From an uncultured virus (IMG/VR IMGVR_UViG_3300035698_022433) (taxonomy: Duplodnaviria; Heunggongvirae; Uroviricota; Caudoviricetes): DNA of 20,000 bases. The position numbers were made by a program, and so were the translations under genes. The stretch lies in IMG/VR virus record IMGVR_UViG_3300035698_022433, one strand, 5' to 3'. Under the pieces are notes generated by a model, which was not told the origin of the DNA, made no database searches, and was given only the letters and a program-made list of their open reading frames with translations. This document shows positions 15,169 through 20,000 of the stretch, one piece after another; within the stretch, counting starts at the first letter, position 1; each line of letters opens with the position of its first letter.

Positions 15169-15368
15169 AAAAACGACGTAACTTTTTAATATTTGATGAT
15201 AAGACTAAAACAGTTATAAACATAAGCAACATAACATGTATGAGAGAATATAGTGGAAGAACAAAATTTTATATGACTGATGACAGTAGCTACGATGTTG
15301 AAGAGAAATTAGAAGATGTTCTTAACGCAATTTTCGGTAAGGTGAAAAAACGTGAAAAAACGCCGTAA
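15165..15368 (+). CDS. FlbD-like small protein, tandem copy 3
   Basis: MKKRRNFL...INISNI...YDVEEKLEDVL. Confidence 0.65.
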   Translation: MKKRRNFLIFDDKTKTVINISNITCMREYSGRTKFYMTDDSSYDVEEKLEDVLNAIFGKVKKREKTP

Positions 15369-15543
15369 TTTTTTAGTAACTGAAAATTCTTATGGTAATA
15401 TAATAAATATAAATTATATAGAGCATGTTTCAGAATATGCTAAAGGTTCGAAAATTCGTACCAGTGGTGGTGTTGATTATTATGTTAATGAAAGTCCAGA
15501 AGAAATTCTCAATATAATTGTTGGTAGGAAAAAACATGACTGA
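15352..15543 (+). CDS. FlbD-like small protein, tandem copy 4
   Basis: GTG start after GGTGA; KKRRNFL...ININYI...YYVNESPEEIL. Confidence 0.65.
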   Translation: MKKRRNFLVTENSYGNIININYIEHVSEYAKGSKIRTSGGVDYYVNESPEEILNIIVGRKKHD

Positions 15544-15853
15544 TGATTTCAAAATATGTCCGAACTGTGGCAAAAAGTTTACAAAAGAAGAATATATGAA
15601 AGACCACAAACCAACACGCAGCGCAAAACAAGCGGAAGGATGGTGGCGACGACGAAAATACTGTTCATATGATTGTTCAACAAAGTTTTATACAAAGACA
15701 TTACAAGAACGTCAACAACAGGAAATAAAACAAAATCAAATGAAGTTTACTGCACCAATAAAAATATGGAAAGTTGAGAAAGGTGAACCAATTGAAATTA
15801 AAGTATTACTGTATGGTGATTGGAAAATATGTAAGGTGAAAAATGGAAATTAA
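15536..15853 (+). CDS. Zn-finger protein
   Basis: CPNCGKKF...RKYCSYDC. Confidence 0.65.
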   Translation: MTDDFKICPNCGKKFTKEEYMKDHKPTRSAKQAEGWWRRRKYCSYDCSTKFYTKTLQERQQQEIKQNQMKFTAPIKIWKVEKGEPIEIKVLLYGDWKICKVKNGN

Positions 15854-16049
15854 ACTTGGCTTTGGAACAATAATACTTGGAATCTTTATACTGCTCGCGG
15901 CAGTTGTATTAGCAAAACCAGAGTATGCCGGGGTAGCATGGTCTCTTGGTATTGGGTTGCTTTCGTTAATAGGTTCAATATGTATTATTGGAATCATAGC
16001 TGTAGTTATAATAGTTGTCGTTGTATTAATATTAATATTTTGGAGTTAG
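15843..16049 (+). CDS. small membrane protein
   Basis: Almost entirely hydrophobic; GGTGA SD. Confidence 0.6.
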   Translation: MEIKLGFGTIILGIFILLAAVVLAKPEYAGVAWSLGIGLLSLIGSICIIGIIAVVIIVVVVLILIFWS

Positions 16050-16050
16050 C

Positions 16051-16834
16051 ATGTCAAATAAATTCGGAACCCGAGAATGGGCAGAGGTAAATAAAAATAT
16101 TTTGCTTGGTTGCGAAAATTCGTGCCTTTATTGTTATAGCAGATACAATGCTGTGAAAAGATTTAAGACAGTTAAAAGTGTAGATGATTGGAAGACTCCT
16201 GAAATCATTGATAAGAAACTTGAAGAGAAACCCCGGTTTTACAAAGGCAGAATCATGTTTCCAACACAACATGATATACTTCCGAAATATCTTGATAAAA
16301 CAATAATTTATTTAAGAAAATTATTAGATGTTGGTAATGAAATTCTTATAGTATCAAAACCACATATTGAATGTGTTAAAGCAATGTGCAACGAATTTGA
16401 AAAATACAAGAAACAAATAGTATTTAGGTTTACAATTGGAAGTCCAAACAATGATGTTCTCAAATTTTGGGAACCCGGTGCTCCGGATTATGATGAGCGA
16501 TTGACATCACTTAAATATGCATTTACAAAAGGTTACACAACATCAGTATCATGCGAGCCTATTCTTGACAATGACATTTCATTAATGGTAAACCCAACTT
16601 CTTCCATTCATTAGTGATACAATATGGTTAGGCAAGATGAATTTCATCAAATCTAGAGTTGATACTAGCTTGTGGTCAAAGGATGATTTTAAATACCTTT
16701 CAATGGTTAACGAAGTAAATGAGGACGAATTTATTTTTGACCTTTATGATGAATTTAAAGACAATCCCAAAGTTAAGTGGAAAGAATCCTGTAAGAAGGT
16801 TCTTGGATTGCCTGATGAAGAAGGGGTAGCATAA
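16051..16834 (+). CDS. radical SAM protein (SplB-like) interrupted by a +1 frameshift near 16594
   Basis: GCENSCLYCY CxxxCxxC; removing one C in AACCCAA joins ..SCEPILD..MVNQLLPFISDTIWLGKMN to ORF 16637-16834. Confidence 0.75.
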
Positions 16835-16965
16835 TGAATGACTCAACAAAAAAGCTATGTGATGAAGCTATTGAGATATATGAATGCCTACATGAAGGAA
16901 CATCAAATTGGGAACAAGCTGCTGTATTGGCTGCCGCTGTAATCAGAAAGAAGAGGAGACCATAA
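16834..16965 (+). CDS. small hypothetical protein (43 aa)
   Basis: TAATG overlaps at both ends. Confidence 0.5.
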   Translation: MNDSTKKLCDEAIEIYECLHEGTSNWEQAAVLAAAVIRKKRRP

Positions 16966-17213
16966 TGGTATTGGAAGTTCGAGGAAAGTTTCTATATTTT
17001 GAACATGACAAAGGAAAGTTTGAGTTTGTTAGAATAGATAATATTTTAGCTTGTTGGGACCAATATGATGATGAGTGTGAAATTAAATATATTAGTAATG
17101 ATGAGGATTTTGATATTACTGTGTTAAATCACACTGCAAAAGAAGTTCTTGATGTATTGTGCAAAAGGAGAAGACCAGATGGCAGAGAAGTGTCCAAATT
17201 GCAGAAAAAATAG
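16965..17213 (+). CDS. hypothetical protein, possibly a diverged member of the FlbD-like family
   Basis: GAGGAG SD; FL....FVRIDNI...EIKY...TAKEVLDVL pattern. Confidence 0.55.
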   Translation: MVLEVRGKFLYFEHDKGKFEFVRIDNILACWDQYDDECEIKYISNDEDFDITVLNHTAKEVLDVLCKRRRPDGREVSKLQKK

Positions 17214-17406
17214 TTTTCTATTATTTCCAGGTGGTGATTCAGTTGGTTATTATTCGTGTATTTATTGTGGGTACACTATTAGAAGATCAAATGATGCGTT
17301 ACATGTATATATTAAAAAGTTTAAATGCGACGATGAAAAAGTAAAAACACCTTTACAATTATACGAAAAAAGAAGGAAGAAAAAACATGAGATTAACCGG
17401 GGTTAG
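17179..17406 (+). CDS. Zn-ribbon protein directly upstream of the retron
   Basis: CPNC...CIYCG; AGGAG SD. Confidence 0.6.
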   Translation: MAEKCPNCRKNSFLLFPGGDSVGYYSCIYCGYTIRRSNDALHVYIKKFKCDDEKVKTPLQLYEKRRKKKHEINRG

Positions 17407-17606
17407 TTCAGGGCTGAAGCAATTCGGCAGGAATGATGATTCGTCATTCTCTTGTGCTGGCAGGATTAGATGTTGGCAAGATGTATTACTTATAGTCAAA
17501 TATAAAGTATATATCTCGATGCAGTGTTCTCCTAGAACATCCATAAACTTTATATAAAGTTTATATTAAATCAATAAGCGTTCAAATACACTGCATTCGT
17601 AACCCC
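17399..17606 (+). ncRNA. putative retron msr-msd RNA
   Basis: a1/a2 inverted repeat GGGGTTA (17399-17405)/TAACCCC (17600-17606) with G at 17406; short hairpins at 17413-17428 and 17430-17450; stem ATGCAGTGT (17519-17527)/ACACTGCAT (17588-17596). Confidence 0.75.
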
Positions 17607-17623
17607 CTAAAATTGGTGTAATT

Positions 17624-18457
17624 ATGAATCGATTCGAGGAACTAAAGAAAGTGATTGCAAACAAACAATCGCACTATACATCGTACAATATCAAAAAACG
17701 CAGCGGCGGCAACCGCCGTATCACAACTCCGGATAAGTTTCTAAAGCGAATACAACAAGAAATACTTTTTGACATTCTTGACTTTGTTGATATAGATAAG
17801 CATGCTATGGGTTTTGTCAAAGGCCGCGGCATCTACACAAATGCAAAGAAACATCTCAACTCCGCTTGTATCGTAAAACTTGATTTAAAAGATTTCTTTC
17901 CATCTATTAAGAAAGAAATGATAATAAAATCACTTGAGGGAAAGGTCAGCGCACCACATGCCATTGCCGAACTGACAACAATAAACAATTCTTTACCACA
18001 GGGAGCACCAACCAGTCCGTGTCTTTCAAATATTGTTTGTATTGAACTCGATAAGAAATTAACAAACCTTGCGGCAAAGTTTCATGCACGATATACTCGT
18101 TACGCCGATGACATCACGTTCAGTAGCAAAACAAATAAACAATTAGATAAAATCATTCCGAAAACACATTCATTTGTTCTGCACCAAGGTTTTGATATCA
18201 ATTATAAGAAGACACAAGTAATGCGCCGCGGTGGTCGCCAAACAGTAACCGGACTTACCGTTAATGATGCTGTTAATGTTCCGCGAACACGTGTTAGAAA
18301 CTTACGTGCTGAAATACACAAAAAGAAATATACAGGCATATCACTTGACGAACGCGGTCGTCTCGCTGGTGTTTCATCATTCATTTATGGCGCAAACAAA
18401 AAGAAAGGTCAAAAATTCTATGATGACCTTGATAAGCTTCCAATACTTAAACGGTGA
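17624..18457 (+). CDS. retron-type reverse transcriptase (277 aa)
   Basis: KKRSGGNR, NAKKH (region X), DLKDFFPSI, LPQGAPTSP, YADD, VTG (region Y). Confidence 0.93.
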   Translation: MNRFEELKKVIANKQSHYTSYNIKKRSGGNRRITTPDKFLKRIQQEILFDILDFVDIDKHAMGFVKGRGIYTNAKKHLNSACIVKLDLKDFFPSIKKEMIIKSLEGKVSAPHAIAELTTINNSLPQGAPTSPCLSNIVCIELDKKLTNLAAKFHARYTRYADDITFSSKTNKQLDKIIPKTHSFVLHQGFDINYKKTQVMRRGGRQTVTGLTVNDAVNVPRTRVRNLRAEIHKKKYTGISLDERGRLAGVSSFIYGANKKKGQKFYDDLDKLPILKR

Positions 18458-18461
18458 TTAA

Positions 18462-18812
18462 ATGAAAGACAGAAAAAAACCAACAGAACATAGACAAGGA
18501 AACTTAGTAAAGCTTCTTGACTTAATGCAAAGATTTTCAGAAATGCAATATGATACTGATTTCTTTACAGGAGAATTTAATATAAGTGAAAAACACAAGA
18601 ATGAAATAAAAGACATGATGCTTGAAATAAGAAAATTCGATATCAAAACTATTGGCGATCTTTACTTTACATCAGGAGGTCGCGTTGTCCTTGATAAGGG
18701 ATATGGAGAATATTTTGGTGAAAGTGATAAAGTAATATTTACTCTTAATGAACTTATTAGTGGAATGAATAGTGATAAATTTATAAAACGTTTGAACGAG
18801 GTAATTAAATGA
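18462..18812 (+). CDS. hypothetical protein downstream of RT
   Basis: GGTGATTAA-ATG. Confidence 0.65.
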   Translation: MKDRKKPTEHRQGNLVKLLDLMQRFSEMQYDTDFFTGEFNISEKHKNEIKDMMLEIRKFDIKTIGDLYFTSGGRVVLDKGYGEYFGESDKVIFTLNELISGMNSDKFIKRLNEVIK

Positions 18813-18997
18813 GTATAGAAAACCATCCAAATATACATGCTGTTGCATTATCATTAGACATACAAACATCAATAAGAAAACATTTAAGAGGCAAAGCAAA
18901 AGGTCGTGAGAACGAAGTTTTCGAAAAGTTAAAAGATTTGGTTATTGACTTTGTGGCAGATGTAAGTACAAAGATAGATGAAGTTGTAGGTGATTGA
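18809..18997 (+). CDS. hypothetical protein
   Basis: GAGGT SD. Confidence 0.55.
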   Translation: MSIENHPNIHAVALSLDIQTSIRKHLRGKAKGRENEVFEKLKDLVIDFVADVSTKIDEVVGD

Positions 18998-19171
18998 ATG
19001 AATTTAGGAGAATTAAAAAAAGAACTTGAAAAATTTGATAATGATGAGCTTGATATAATGGTAACAACTGGTAGTTACAATGAACCATTATTTGAAATAG
19101 AGAAGATGTCTGAACAAATTAGTAAAAATCCAGATATTTCAAGATATGAATATATACTATTGGTTGGGTGA
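18998..19171 (+). CDS. hypothetical protein (57 aa)
   Basis: AGGTGA SD; MNLGELKKELEKFD virus-type N-terminus. Confidence 0.55.
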   Translation: MNLGELKKELEKFDNDELDIMVTTGSYNEPLFEIEKMSEQISKNPDISRYEYILLVG

Positions 19172-19175
19172 TTAA

Positions 19176-19316
19176 ATGAACATAGAAAACGACCTTGATG
19201 AACTTGAAGCATATCTTGGATTCAAACCAACAACAAAAGTCCGACACCAAAAATCAAAAGGCGGATTTTTTAAACGATTATTTGGTCGTAAAAAGAAAGC
19301 TGATGAGTGGGGATAA
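19176..19316 (+). CDS. 46-aa peptide with amphipathic GGFFKRLFG helix
   Basis: GGTGATTAA-ATG; MNIENDLDELEAYLGFKPTTKVRHQKSKGGFFKRLFGRKKKADEWG. Confidence 0.6.
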   Translation: MNIENDLDELEAYLGFKPTTKVRHQKSKGGFFKRLFGRKKKADEWG

Positions 19317-19317
19317 A

Positions 19318-19809
19318 ATGGTAATGGGTGTAACACAAGCAATGGATTGCATAAGTGGAATGGTTAATGTTTGTTTGAATTTACAAGATAGAAAGCAACT
19401 AACCAGAGAGGAATTAGAGAAATACACAAAATCATACAAAAGATTATTTTATGGAGAAGAAGGTAGAGAAACAAAGTATTGGTTTGTTATCGTCCGTAAT
19501 TATGGAGATACTTGCATAAATATGCTTTTTGGTGAACGATGCATACCAAAGAAATATGAAATAAAAGATAAGAAAATATGGTGGTTTCAAGGATTAAGTA
19601 GTGGAAAACATGAAGATGATTTGTTCGAAACATATAATGAAGCAAAGAAACATCTTGAAAAAATATTAATTTTTGAGAGAGAAGAAACCCAATTGAAGAT
19701 AGATGCATTAAACAAAGAAGGAAAATGGGAAGATAACTACAACAGTCAATATCAAAGAAAAGATTTCGAAGACGTAAAAACCGTTAGTAAATGTGGGTGT
19801 GAATCATAA
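19318..19809 (+). CDS. hypothetical protein
   Basis: Start moved to ATG 19318, directly after the 46-aa gene. Confidence 0.6.
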   Translation: MVMGVTQAMDCISGMVNVCLNLQDRKQLTREELEKYTKSYKRLFYGEEGRETKYWFVIVRNYGDTCINMLFGERCIPKKYEIKDKKIWWFQGLSSGKHEDDLFETYNEAKKHLEKILIFEREETQLKIDALNKEGKWEDNYNSQYQRKDFEDVKTVSKCGCES

Positions 19810-20000
19810 TGTACAAACAGAAGATATTATTGATATTTGTTGTAATAATTACAATGTTGCTTGCAGGATGTGTAGAATCTGATGATGAATGGACATATGA
19901 AGATGAAGATGAAAACAATTACGACCCGTTTGATGATCCATTGAATCCAAATAGTCCGAACAACCCAAGCAATCCAGCAAATCCATATAGTCCAATATGG
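19809..20000 (+). CDS. lipoprotein (runs off the window)
   Basis: MYKQK + hydrophobic stretch + LAGC lipobox, then acidic and NP-repeat segments. Confidence 0.7.
   Translation, partial: MYKQKILLIFVVIITMLLAGCVESDDEWTYEDEDENNYDPFDDPLNPNSPNNPSNPANPYSPIW

Noticed and set aside
14778..15543. Repeated AAAAxGACGTAATTTT motif as a CRISPR or DNA repeat array
   Set aside because: It is the coding start of four paralogous genes, about 190 nt apart and degenerate
17624..18457. RT as group II intron, DGR or CRISPR-associated RT
   Set aside because: No maturase domain, TR/VR repeat pair, Cas1 or array; NAxxH and VTG motifs plus upstream a1/a2 indicate a retron
586..19708. Minus-strand ORFs in the track
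   Set aside because: Shadows of plus-strand genes or tRNAs with no motifs or SD sites
1..20000. Genome-wide stop codon reassignment explaining the aRF1 stop
   Set aside because: TAA, TAG and TGA all end well-formed genes, and long genes have no internal stops

Overview
AT-rich, almost entirely plus-strand region with many short ORFs and archaeal expression signals (BRE-TATA promoters, GGTGA Shine-Dalgarno sites, tRNAs without CCA, BHB introns, C1:G72 tRNA-Tyr). It is most consistent with a large archaeal virus or extrachromosomal element; this is an inference, since no capsid or replication gene lies in the window. The core (about 4.1-14.1 kb) is a translation/RNA island. It holds 25 conventional tRNA genes covering all 20 amino acids (6 with 37/38 introns), a full-length archaeal-type SRP (7S) RNA, and two tRNA chimeras carrying an inserted Y-RNA-like stem. 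It also holds an aRF1/eRF1 release factor gene split by an in-frame TAA, RNA ligase and phosphoesterase genes, HNH/PD-(D/E)XK nucleases and a 41-aa NrdD-like glycyl-radical mini-protein. The tRNAs appear to punctuate the transcript: ATGs sit 1-3 nt after tRNA 3' ends, and upstream stop codons lie inside tRNA 5' ends. Downstream are four tandem FlbD-like paralogs, a frameshifted radical SAM gene, and a retron (msr/msd plus compact RT) whose msd carries a palindromic TATA-box-like hairpin. All calls are by eye; no searches were run.
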